DNA of 49,414 nucleotides from a virus (Duplodnaviria; Heunggongvirae; Uroviricota; Caudoviricetes): IMG/VR virus record IMGVR_UViG_3300027631_000003; one strand, 5' to 3'. Shown piece by piece: positions 37,097 to 46,076 of this stretch (position 1 is its first letter; each line of letters starts with the position of its first letter). The notes under the pieces were generated by a model. It saw only the letters and a program-made list of their open reading frames with translations, ran no database searches and was not told where the DNA came from. The position numbers and the translations under genes were made by a program.

Positions 37097-38361
37097 TATA
37101 AATTACCTTCTATTTTATCACACCATCCTTTTGATATTGAATGTGGCCAAACAATCCATTTAGTTGGTTTACCACCATAATTAAATTCCCTCCAAACTTT
37201 ACAATAACCATCTGGATCGTTTTTCATGCGTTTGATTTCATCGCTATCAGCATCCTTTCTAAATATAGTTTCTCCAGTTTCATTTTCAAATGCTACACAC
37301 CAGAAATCATAATCATCTTCAGGAACGCGATCATACCCAACATCAATACAATGTTTAAATATTGTTAAAAATGCGTTTTCGTATTCAGTTTCATCTTCAA
37401 TTACTGGATTAGGAGCAAATTTATTATCTAAAGTATACTGCTGCACACCTCTAGTTTTAAATTTTAATCCAGCATAACGCTCATAATCTTGTAATGTGCG
37501 TTCTTCACCAAACCAATACTGTCCAATATTACTACGCATACAAGGTGAACATTCTCCATCCATCCCAAATAATGAACGGTTTCTGAAGTGAGATGCATTA
37601 TTTTTAGCTACCCATTCTGGATCATCATCCCAATGTTTTGTTCTACCTTTACGAGTATATTCATGCCAAGCTACTACTTTATGAGGGTGAAATAAATCAT
37701 ATCCATGAGTATAAGCTCTAACAGCAATCGAAATTTCTTCACCATGGAAGTAATAATTTGGATCATGAGGTACTTCTAAAGCAAACTGACCTAAAGTAAA
37801 ACAGAAGTGAGCTGAATAGAATCTTGCAGGAACTGGTTCAGTCATATCTTCCCATCCTGGAATGGTTGCTGGTAGGAAAAATACAGCACCTTCAGGGATA
37901 AATCTGTCAAACGTCATCCACCAAGGTTCTTTAACTCGTTCATCTGGATCGTTTTCAGGGTTAAAACTAGAAATATATGCTGTTAATAATGGTTTTTTAT
38001 GGCCTTTTTCTTGGAGTTGTTTAATCATTCCAATTAAGGTTTCATCCCAATTTTCAGCAAATCTATGATGTGAATCAATTTGTAATGTATAATCTTCTCC
38101 ACCATAATGTTGTTGGATTAAATTACGTGCCCAACAAGCCCCTAAAGATGATTTATATTCTACATCTACTATTTTAAATCGAGAATCGTCCCGGTATTTA
38201 TCTATATCTTTAGAAAATGTATCATCATCACTAAACTGATGAGCAATACAAAATACTAAATTTTCTGGATGTTTAGCATTAGAGATACAATCTTCAACTG
38301 TAGGCAACAATTGGGGATCACGGTATGAAGCAATTTGAATAAATATTTTATCGTTTTGCAT
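37096..38361 (-). CDS. GT60 (Gnt1-like) GlcNAc transferase
   Basis: IFIQIASYRDP, GACWAR, QIDSHHRF, FHGEE. Confidence 0.82.
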   Translation of the reverse strand: MQNDKIFIQIASYRDPQLLPTVEDCISNAKHPENLVFCIAHQFSDDDTFSKDIDKYRDDSRFKIVDVEYKSSLGACWARNLIQQHYGGEDYTLQIDSHHRFAENWDETLIGMIKQLQEKGHKKPLLTAYISSFNPENDPDERVKEPWWMTFDRFIPEGAVFFLPATIPGWEDMTEPVPARFYSAHFCFTLGQFALEVPHDPNYYFHGEEISIAVRAYTHGYDLFHPHKVVAWHEYTRKGRTKHWDDDPEWVAKNNASHFRNRSLFGMDGECSPCMRSNIGQYWFGEERTLQDYERYAGLKFKTRGVQQYTLDNKFAPNPVIEDETEYENAFLTIFKHCIDVGYDRVPEDDYDFWCVAFENETGETIFRKDADSDEIKRMKNDPDGYCKVWREFNYGGKPTKWIVWPHSISKGWCDKIEGNL

Positions 38362-38896
38362 TTTTTAATTCGTCTTCTGTAAAGAATTGTTTTAAATTTG
38401 GGGCGAAATATGATAATGATTTTTGTACTTTACGATCTTCTGAACGATATACAACGTATTTATCACCACGTTTTTCAAAATGGCATGGACGTTGTGAAGC
38501 AGCAGCTCTATATTTAGCAGTTGCATCAGCTTCTTCCTCTGTAGCACATGATTTAGATAAATTAGATGCTTGTACTTCACCATATGCAGATAAGAATTTA
38601 TCTTTTAATCCATAGGCCATAATGCCTGCTGATAGCACGTACATAATATCACAAAAGGCATCCATTACTCCGATAATATCACCATCATCAGCTGCTACTT
38701 TATATTCATCTAATTCTTCTTGGATGAAGTTATAGATAAAATCACGTTCCATTTTTTCTGGAATCGTAGGAATGTAATTGTTTAGTTTACCGAATAATCT
38801 GTTGAATGTTTCTACTTCAGTAATAAAGTGTAAACGATCAGCATCAATTTCTTTTTTGATAATTTGGTCTTGCCAAGTTTGTTCTGTGTTTTCCAT
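38348..38896 (-). CDS. MazG-like all-alpha NTP pyrophosphohydrolase
   Basis: QEELDEY...DAFCDIMYV...EVQASNLSK. Confidence 0.85.
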   Translation of the reverse strand: MENTEQTWQDQIIKKEIDADRLHFITEVETFNRLFGKLNNYIPTIPEKMERDFIYNFIQEELDEYKVAADDGDIIGVMDAFCDIMYVLSAGIMAYGLKDKFLSAYGEVQASNLSKSCATEEEADATAKYRAAASQRPCHFEKRGDKYVVYRSEDRKVQKSLSYFAPNLKQFFTEDELKNAKR

Positions 38897-38902
38897 AACT
38901 GA

Positions 38903-39613
38903 TTAAATATATGCTTGTAGGTTAAATTTTAACATTTCTAATACTTCTTGTTTAGCTGTTTTAGCGTGGTCAGCAAATACACCTGATACTTCAGACGTCA
39001 TCATACTAGCACCCATATGTTTAACTCCACGACATGATACACAATTGTGTGTTGCATGCATCATTACCATAATACCTTCGTTACCTACAATTAATTTATC
39101 CATAGCATTATGAATAGCCATAGTTAATTGTTCTTGAATAGCGCCTCTACGTGAGAAATGTTCAACTACACGATTTAATTTTGATAATCCGATTACCTTT
39201 GATTCAGGACCTGGCACATATGCAATATGACATTTACCTAAAATTGCTTGGTGGTGATGAGAACACATTGATATTACTGGAATATCGCGCTCTAATACAA
39301 TACCATTATAACCATCTGATGGGAATGCTGTAACATCGCCTAATACTTCGTAACGACCTCTCCATAAATCATTAACGTATGCTTTGGCTACACGTTTTGG
39401 TGTGTTAGATGAATTTGGATCGTTTTTCCAATCAACACCTAATGCGTCTAAGAAATTACCATATGCAATAGTTGCATTATCGATAATGGTTTGTTTTTCT
39501 TCTACGGTTAGAGATCGCTCTTTACCTTCGGTTTTAATGATTTGTTGTAAATGGAGTGAGATACCATTTGCATTACCTGAATTGGTAATTTCTAAATTGC
39601 TAATTTCGCACAT
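38903..39613 (-). CDS. folE: GTP cyclohydrolase I
   Basis: TPKRVAK, SMCSHH, IGLSKLNR, QEQLT, HNCVSCRG. Confidence 0.95.
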   Translation of the reverse strand: MCEISNLEITNSGNANGISLHLQQIIKTEGKERSLTVEEKQTIIDNATIAYGNFLDALGVDWKNDPNSSNTPKRVAKAYVNDLWRGRYEVLGDVTAFPSDGYNGIVLERDIPVISMCSHHHQAILGKCHIAYVPGPESKVIGLSKLNRVVEHFSRRGAIQEQLTMAIHNAMDKLIVGNEGIMVMMHATHNCVSCRGVKHMGASMMTSEVSGVFADHAKTAKQEVLEMLKFNLQAYI

Positions 39614-39648
39614 AACTTATTGTTTAAATTTATAACTGAATTTAATTA

Positions 39649-39675
39649 GGAAAGACTTGATTGACAAGTCCTTCC
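39649..39675 (-). terminator. hairpin terminator overlapping class A promoter variant (39637-39653)
   Basis: GGAAGGACTTG-TCAAT-CAAGTCTTTCC. Confidence 0.55.
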
Positions 39676-39698
39676 ATTATTTAATATTTTAATTGGTA

Positions 39699-40010
39699 TT
39701 ATTTAATACCTGCAATTTTATACCAGCGATATGAGATTTCGTCTAGTTCTTCTGGTTTTTCATGCATGTTATCTTCAACTGCATTCATTCCTGAAGTATC
39801 AGCTCCGTCTACTTTAGTACCAACAATTTCATCGTATTGTTCCATCTGCATTATATCACCATCAGCACACATTTCGATTAATTTTTCAGCTACATCATGT
39901 AACATCATATCATCAGTTGCATCTTCGCGAGCAAATTCTAGTAAACGTATAAATAATGGAACATCAACTGTGATGACGTCCATTTTATTTTCTTGTTCTT
40001 GGTCTTCCAT
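39699..40010 (-). CDS. hypothetical acidic protein
   Basis: DVPLFIRLLEFAREDA; class B motif at 40023-40031. Confidence 0.7.
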   Translation of the reverse strand: MEDQEQENKMDVITVDVPLFIRLLEFAREDATDDMMLHDVAEKLIEMCADGDIMQMEQYDEIVGTKVDGADTSGMNAVEDNMHEKPEELDEISYRWYKIAGIK

Positions 40011-40049
40011 ATTATTATTTGATATAAATATAGTAGAGAAATAAATTAA

Positions 40050-41579
40050 TTACAAATTCAACTTAGAGCCTATAGTAAAGAAGAATGTTGGTTTATCAAA
40101 TGTAGATGGTATGTTTGATTTGATATTAAAGTTAATTCGGAAACGTTTAGATAACGGAATATCGAATGAATTTCCTAACATAACATTAAAATCTTTATTT
40201 ACTTTCATTATTGGATCACTTGTAATATAAGATGTCGGAGAATAAAGTAAAAACACCTCAGGTGTGAATTTAATTTTAGTTTTTGTTTCTAATGGTCTCA
40301 TATAGAATCCAGTTAATGACGGACCATACATTTGATCTCCTGATCCTAAGAATCCAGCAATTAATGATACGTTATAGCCTGCAACACCTTTTTTACCTAA
40401 TAATTTAATGTAAGTATATCCAGCAAATGTTAAATGGTCTGTAAATGTAGTTGCGTATGTTAATGAATAATTTCGAACGTGACTAATAGCACCGTTTGTA
40501 GTATACATTTTAGTATACTTACCTGTTAATGCTAATTGTTTAAAATTCAAATGGATCATTGAAGTAGCACCCCACGATTCATTTCCCATTAACGATGCTT
40601 TAGATGCTGATACACCCAGTACTGGAGTAAATGTATTGTCTGCATTTTGCATCAATGCAAAGTCACCTTGTACTACTAATGGATTAGTTGTATTTACTGT
40701 TTTAGCTTTCTTTTCGTCTTTTTTACTATCTGATTTCTTTTCGTCTTTTTTGCTTTCACTTTTAGCATCGTCTTTCTTTTCTTCCTTACTTTCAGATTTT
40801 GATTCTGATTTGCTTTCTTCTTTAGATTCCGACTTTGATTCGCTTTTAGATTCAGACTTGGCTTCAGCTTTAGCCTCTGCTTTAGCTTCGGCCTTTGCTT
40901 CGGCTTTAGCCCCTCCCGGAGATCCACCGCCTCCTCCACCACCACCTCCACCTCCACCACCTGTAGCGCCTCCACCACTTGGAGCGGAACTACCCGCTGA
41001 TGATGCGCTTGAACTCGCTGTAGATGATGCACTTGATGATGCACTAGATGATGCTGTACTTGATGCTGTGTTAGCGGCAGCACCTGCGGCTGTATTGGCT
41101 GCTGTACCTGAAGCTGTGTTTGCTGCTGTAGATGCTGCTGTATTGGCAGCTGTTGAAGCTGCTGTAGAGGCAGCAGTACTTGCTGCTGTTGACGCAGCAG
41201 TAGCAGCAGCTGTTTGGGCTGCTGTTTGGGCCGCAGTTTGGGCAGCTGTCTGTGCTGCAACTTGAGCTGCTGCTTGAGCTACTACTGCGGAAATTGTATT
41301 TGATATTGTTTGAGTTTGGGTTTGAGCAACTACTTCTTGTGCTTTACACACATATGCTTTCATTTGCTCATTTACCCATAATTGTACCTCACCTTTAGCT
41401 GCTTCTTCATATGAAAATGAACGAGCAGAACTACGATATACAATCAATACAGAACCCCCGATCGGAACAGTATATAATACCATCTGTTTCGAACAGGGGT
41501 CAAAGTATGCGTTGGTAAGTACTTGTGCCTTACTTAAAAATGAAACGATTAAAAGTAAGAATACAAGTACATACTTCAC
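40050..41579 (-). CDS. secreted protein: N-terminal domain, long low-complexity stalk, C-terminal beta-barrel
   Basis: Signal peptide; AQTA/AST/poly-G/AKAE/SESK/KKDE blocks; amphipathic C-terminal strands. Confidence 0.7.
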   Translation of the reverse strand: MKYVLVFLLLIVSFLSKAQVLTNAYFDPCSKQMVLYTVPIGGSVLIVYRSSARSFSYEEAAKGEVQLWVNEQMKAYVCKAQEVVAQTQTQTISNTISAVVAQAAAQVAAQTAAQTAAQTAAQTAAATAASTAASTAASTAASTAANTAASTAANTASGTAANTAAGAAANTASSTASSSASSSASSTASSSASSAGSSAPSGGGATGGGGGGGGGGGGGSPGGAKAEAKAEAKAEAKAEAKSESKSESKSESKEESKSESKSESKEEKKDDAKSESKKDEKKSDSKKDEKKAKTVNTTNPLVVQGDFALMQNADNTFTPVLGVSASKASLMGNESWGATSMIHLNFKQLALTGKYTKMYTTNGAISHVRNYSLTYATTFTDHLTFAGYTYIKLLGKKGVAGYNVSLIAGFLGSGDQMYGPSLTGFYMRPLETKTKIKFTPEVFLLYSPTSYITSDPIMKVNKDFNVMLGNSFDIPLSKRFRINFNIKSNIPSTFDKPTFFFTIGSKLNL

Positions 41580-41582
41580 TTA

Positions 41583-42383
41583 TTACGCTCCTATTGCTTT
41601 ACTAAATCCATTAGGACAAGTTCTAGTACATACTAAAGATGCAACAACTGGTGCTACTGCAGCTCCGATTGCAATACCAACTCCTGCTGGAGTAGCCCAC
41701 AATGCAGCCGAATCTAAACTATAGTAAATACAATTTGAACATACATTTTTCAATAATTGTGGATCAACACTTCCACCAACACCAGGTATTGATAAAAACC
41801 CATCTGCCACTATTGAACCCATTGCTGTTGCTACTACTGATTTAGCTGCCATATCTGCCGTATAAAGAACCGGTGTAGCCATCAAAGATAATGTAGTTGA
41901 AGTTGCTGCTCCAGCTGGTTGTGCTGGTGTAAATGCTGCAACACAACCCATAGAGATTGCCGCAGTTATTCCAATTGTACAAGCATTTGCATCAGCCCAA
42001 TTATATGCAGCTACTGCACCTGCTGCTACTATTTCAACACCCGCAACAATTTGTTGTTCAGCTTGTTTAGATAATTGAACAAATTCGTTTTGAGTTACAT
42101 CAAATCCTACCTTTGCAAATTCTTCGGTAGTACTTGCAATAGTACAAGCTGCACTTTCTACTCTGTGTGCACTATCGGTAGCAAATGCTACTGAATAGTT
42201 GTATGCATCTTCTACACTACCTATTGCAGTGTTTATACCACTTCCAATTGGTTGAATTACGTTATCATTAATTGCATTTCCTGCATCTACAAATGCATTA
42301 CCAATTGGCTGAATAACATTATCATTAATTGCATTTCCCGCATCTACGAATGCGTTTTCAATTGCTTTTCCGGCTCCGCCCAT
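41583..42383 (-). CDS. Ala/Gly-rich protein with duplicated 19-aa repeat and Cys-containing hydrophobic C-terminus
   Basis: NAFVDAGNAINDNVIQPIG x2; hydrophobic helices. Confidence 0.7.
   Translation of the reverse strand: MGGAGKAIENAFVDAGNAINDNVIQPIGNAFVDAGNAINDNVIQPIGSGINTAIGSVEDAYNYSVAFATDSAHRVESAACTIASTTEEFAKVGFDVTQNEFVQLSKQAEQQIVAGVEIVAAGAVAAYNWADANACTIGITAAISMGCVAAFTPAQPAGAATSTTLSLMATPVLYTADMAAKSVVATAMGSIVADGFLSIPGVGGSVDPQLLKNVCSNCIYYSLDSAALWATPAGVGIAIGAAVAPVVASLVCTRTCPNGFSKAIGA
42244..42357. repeat. 57-bp tandem duplication, 2 copies
   Basis: 42244-42300 and 42301-42357; both encode the same 19-aa peptide, differences at third positions. Confidence 0.9.
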
Positions 42384-42396
42384 ATTTTTTTTTAGT

Positions 42397-42705
42397 TTAG
42401 TTTATTTCCATTCTCATTAAATATAACTCGTTGTTTTCAAACCAATCTTTGAATCCAAACATTTTTGCTAATTTCTTTGCTTTTAGGTTACCTTTTACAG
42501 GTGCTCCATATATTTCATTATATCCTTCTTTTTTAAAATTATTAAGAATACCATCATAGATATACATCATTCTTTTAAAAAAGGAATGTGACCAAATATT
42601 CTCATCAAAAGTTATATGCATTGCAATCTTACTTTTATTGAATAGATAATCACATTCTACTAATACATCTTTATCTTCATATAACGTTACTCTTACTGAT
42701 GACAT
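42397..42705 (-). CDS. hypothetical protein, possible GNAT-like fold
   Basis: N.KAKKLAKMFGF resembles the C-terminal GNAT motif. Confidence 0.45.
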   Translation of the reverse strand: MSSVRVTLYEDKDVLVECDYLFNKSKIAMHITFDENIWSHSFFKRMMYIYDGILNNFKKEGYNEIYGAPVKGNLKAKKLAKMFGFKDWFENNELYLMRMEIN

Positions 42706-42717
42706 AATTACTTTCTA

Positions 42718-43560
42718 TTAAACAAGCAATTTGTAATACTCTTTAAAATGTTTGATGCGATCTGGTAGACCAATTGTACCACCATTAACGCGTTTTGTGA
42801 TTTGAGTAACTACAGCATCGGAAGCTCCACTATCAGCCATCTTGTGTAATCCGTTTTTAGAGAAAAACCAAGCAGCTGAGAGCAAGGCATATTTCGATGA
42901 AACCACATCTGGGTTAGACAAAATGTCTTCTCCAATGGACTTACCGAATGCTGTATAGTTCTCTTTTCCAGTTAGTTGTATATAACCTCTTCCACGAAAC
43001 TTATATCCTTCACCTGATGCTTCATTGCCATTACCCATTCTACCTCCGTATACTTTGGCAGCAATTTTAGCAGGTTTACGTTCGTATTGAGCAGCTAATG
43101 ATGCGTTTGGAAAATATTTTTTAAATATTCCCATTAGACCTTTAGCTGAATAATTTAAATTTTCTTGAGTTGCACGGAACCCACCTGATTCGTGTCCGCA
43201 CTGTGCTAAAAAGTGAGCTAAACGTAATGGTGTATTAATACCAAATTTAGCTGCTGTATCAGGAATCATTGCGATTACTGCATCTGGAATGTGTCCTTTT
43301 AATTTAGATAATTTTAAATTACCTGAATTAGCAATTGGAGCAGAAGGTGCAGCAGGTGCAGCAGCTACTGGAGCAGCACCTCCAAACATTTTTGCCCAAG
43401 TACCAGCACCCACAATACCATCAGCTGTTAATCCATTAGCTGATTGCCATGCTTTAACAGCGGCGTCTGTTTTAGGTCCAAATTTACCAATGGCTTCTAT
43501 ACCTAATTTTGCTTGAAGCTTTTTTACATCTTCACCCTCGGATCCTAGCTTTAATAGCAT
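42718..43560 (-). CDS. endolysin: PG-binding-1 domain plus GH19 catalytic domain
   Basis: AVKAWQSANGLTADGIVG; AHFLAQCGHESGGF; FRGRGYIQLTG; TKRVNGG. Confidence 0.92.
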   Translation of the reverse strand: MLLKLGSEGEDVKKLQAKLGIEAIGKFGPKTDAAVKAWQSANGLTADGIVGAGTWAKMFGGAAPVAAAPAAPSAPIANSGNLKLSKLKGHIPDAVIAMIPDTAAKFGINTPLRLAHFLAQCGHESGGFRATQENLNYSAKGLMGIFKKYFPNASLAAQYERKPAKIAAKVYGGRMGNGNEASGEGYKFRGRGYIQLTGKENYTAFGKSIGEDILSNPDVVSSKYALLSAAWFFSKNGLHKMADSGASDAVVTQITKRVNGGTIGLPDRIKHFKEYYKLLV

Positions 43561-43606
43561 CGTTTATTGTTTTTATAGTTAATTATTACAGTTGTACTCT
43601 TTGTTC

Positions 43607-44026
43607 TTAGAATTGGATTTTATCCAATTTGTAAGTTAAACCTAAACCTGGTGTGAAATTAGATCCTACTAAGTTTCCAATAACCCAAATTTTAAGCCCT
43701 TCAGATTTTAACGGAGCATATCCTATCCACACGTTAGGCTTATTAACATTGTCTACAGGTTGGATACCCATACCTAACATTAAACGCTCGCTAGCAAACA
43801 TACGGATAACACCAAATTTCATAGTTTTATCAAAACTACCTGTTTTAGTAGATACCATTGGATCAGCATCATACTTGAAACCAGCATAAATACCCCATCC
43901 TTTTTTGATATAACCACCTGTTAAGTATCCGTCCATACCTTTATTAGTAGCGGAACCGAAAAATTCTTGTGCATTAGCAGCTACTGCAGACAAACACAAA
44001 ATTGCAATCAATAATAACTTTTTCAT
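43607..44026 (-). CDS. small outer-membrane beta-barrel protein
   Basis: Signal peptide ANA-Q; alternating hydrophobic strands; terminal Phe. Confidence 0.6.
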   Translation of the reverse strand: MKKLLLIAILCLSAVAANAQEFFGSATNKGMDGYLTGGYIKKGWGIYAGFKYDADPMVSTKTGSFDKTMKFGVIRMFASERLMLGMGIQPVDNVNKPNVWIGYAPLKSEGLKIWVIGNLVGSNFTPGLGLTYKLDKIQF

Positions 44027-44029
44027 AGT

Positions 44030-44743
44030 TTAATTTTTAAATATATTCTTTTTTATCATACGTGATACTATCCTAGAAGCTGCTGTTTCCAACGCTTTTT
44101 TGGTGGTAATTCCGATTGTTGATTGATTAAATTTAATTTCATCAAACGAATCAGATAACGCACCTTGTTTTACTGTACTTGCTTCGCCTAAGCCTGAACC
44201 AGTGATGTACTCAGCAGTCTCAGCGTTAACGAACTTAACTTGTAGACCCAACCGGGTAGTTTGAGTTTGCTTAACACCATCTTTTAATTTTAATTGCTCG
44301 TCTTCAGAAACAGAGAAGTCGTATACCTCTACATATACAAAATATTGTGCAAGCTTAATTTTTCCTCTACCATCTAATTTATTTTCTGTAAAACCCGATT
44401 GAGACGCCTGGAATTGTTTTACCATTCTGTTCTTAATCTCGGCTTTATCTTCAGTAAATGTAAATCGATTAGTTTCTTCTAAAAATTCAACTACAATATT
44501 TGTTAATCCTAAACCAACACGTTTGTCTTTAAGTTCTGGATACATTGCAAATATCTCATCTGTAATTCCAATACTCAATAATTGAATTGGGATTTTAGGT
44601 CCTTCATAATCCGATACAACATCAATTGATTGTTTCTTTTCAAAATCAGCTTGGTATGTTTCTGTCTTTACAGAACCAATAGTTTGTCCAAGCATTGGTA
44701 AACATAATAAAGACAGGAATAATACCAATAAATTAGCCTTCAT
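44030..44743 (-). CDS. CsgG/HfaB-like protein
   Basis: Signal peptide; GLGLTNIVVEFLEETNRFTFTE; LQVKFVNAETAE; C-terminal helix ALETAA. Confidence 0.65.
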   Translation of the reverse strand: MKANLLVLFLSLLCLPMLGQTIGSVKTETYQADFEKKQSIDVVSDYEGPKIPIQLLSIGITDEIFAMYPELKDKRVGLGLTNIVVEFLEETNRFTFTEDKAEIKNRMVKQFQASQSGFTENKLDGRGKIKLAQYFVYVEVYDFSVSEDEQLKLKDGVKQTQTTRLGLQVKFVNAETAEYITGSGLGEASTVKQGALSDSFDEIKFNQSTIGITTKKALETAASRIVSRMIKKNIFKN

Positions 44744-45029
44744 ATTCTTCTTCTTTTTTTTCTGCTTTAGTAGCTTCTGATATTTGTTTTTTCATTCCTG
44801 TAAATTTATCTACTGAAGATAAACCTAATGAACCGAATGCAAGTAATGCTACTGCATTTACTAATGATTCTGCTGGGGCTATATGTGCTTCAGAGAATGA
44901 ATTTTGATACATTGTAATACACAATGTTAATGCAGCTAATAAACCAACAAATCGTTTTGATGATACAGCACCTTTTTCATCAGCTAGTAATGAATTAGCA
45001 CCTGCCATAAATTTTTTTAATATTTCCAT
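44733..45029 (-). CDS. holin-like two-TM protein
   Basis: SSKRF followed by 2 TM segments and a charged tail; near endolysin. Confidence 0.55.
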   Translation of the reverse strand: MEILKKFMAGANSLLADEKGAVSSKRFVGLLAALTLCITMYQNSFSEAHIAPAESLVNAVALLAFGSLGLSSVDKFTGMKKQISEATKAEKKEEEYEG

Positions 45030-45030
45030 T

Positions 45031-45183
45031 TTACCAAGGTTGTTTTGAGATTTTAGCCGCTATTTGGTTTGCTTTCTCATTCTGATTAGTAAAATGTAGG
45101 TATACAAAATACATCTGAGTGCTAAAGCCAACTATAATTCCAGCTAAAACTAATTTTGAATAAATTTTATATACCTTTTCCAT
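45031..45183 (-). CDS. single-TM small protein (50 aa)
   Basis: Manual translation MEKVYKIYSKLVLAGIIVGF... Confidence 0.55.
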   Translation of the reverse strand: MEKVYKIYSKLVLAGIIVGFSTQMYFVYLHFTNQNEKANQIAAKISKQPW

Positions 45184-45187
45184 TTTA

Positions 45188-45760
45188 TTATTCTTCTATA
45201 GATTCTTCTATATCCTTTATTTTACCACACTTTAAACATTCTTCATCCCCATCACCGTCTGAGTCACCCCATACGTGTTCGCATTGTCTATGTTCAAAGT
45301 ACATGTCAATAACACCATCACCATCAAAATCAATACCATCAAATTCCCCATCCCCATCTTCATCAACTTCGATACCGGTTCTAGGTTCTGGTTTAGGTTC
45401 TGGAGACGGTGTAGGAGTTGGTGCATCACCTCCTTTAGTATCGGATAATGACACACCATCTTCCTCGTCCATTTTCTGAACCAACATTTTATCTTTGTCT
45501 GTATCAGAGAACCAGTAATCAATTATTTTACCATATGAACCAATAAAGGCTCCAAGTAATAGTAATAATAATTCTTTCCATTCACCTTCTACATTAGTTC
45601 CTCTAACTATAGCAACGAATATACCACCAATTATTAACATAAACCCACCTAAAACCATAGCGGTAATATACCATCTACGTTTCATCATTTGGTTTAATAG
45701 TTCCTTAAATCCCGTAGGAGTAGGTTGTGCCATAGGTTGTTCTTCTTTAAATAACTTCAT
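45188..45760 (-). CDS. two-TM protein with DxDGDG loops and Cys/His knuckle
   Basis: DEDGDG, DFDGDG, DSDGDG; CEH...CLKC. Confidence 0.7.
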   Translation of the reverse strand: MKLFKEEQPMAQPTPTGFKELLNQMMKRRWYITAMVLGGFMLIIGGIFVAIVRGTNVEGEWKELLLLLLGAFIGSYGKIIDYWFSDTDKDKMLVQKMDEEDGVSLSDTKGGDAPTPTPSPEPKPEPRTGIEVDEDGDGEFDGIDFDGDGVIDMYFEHRQCEHVWGDSDGDGDEECLKCGKIKDIEESIEE

Positions 45761-45766
45761 TTTTAA

Positions 45767-46069
45767 TTACCATTTAGGAGCTTCTTCTAGCTCTTCTTTA
45801 GCTGTTTTAGGTTTTGGTTTAGCTGGAGCAGCAGCTGGTTTTACACCACCACCTCCACCACCTACAACATTCTTTTGTTGTTGTGTGTTGTTAGTAGTAA
45901 TATTGATTACTGGAGCTGGTGCTGTTACTGCTTGAGGAGCTGGTTCATCACCTTCACCTGTAAGAGTTTTTGTGACATACCCACCAACACCTAGTGCTAC
46001 TGTGCTTGCTAGACCAATAATGATGCTTTTAAATGATCCTCCTCCTGAGTTTTCTGATTCTTCTGCCAT
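45767..46069 (-). CDS. single-TM low-complexity protein
   Basis: TM followed by Pro/Gln/Gly-rich tail. Confidence 0.65.
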   Translation of the reverse strand: MAEESENSGGGSFKSIIIGLASTVALGVGGYVTKTLTGEGDEPAPQAVTAPAPVINITTNNTQQQKNVVGGGGGGVKPAAAPAKPKPKTAKEELEEAPKW

Positions 46070-46076
46070 GTTATTT

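Noticed and set aside
40694-41260. 188-aa Gln/Leu-rich alternative-frame ORF
   Set aside because: Frame shadow of the GCA/GCT-rich low-complexity stalk
42244-42357. Curlin amyloid repeat as CsgG cargo
   Set aside because: Only two copies, helical-looking pattern, no QxGxxN register and no signal peptide
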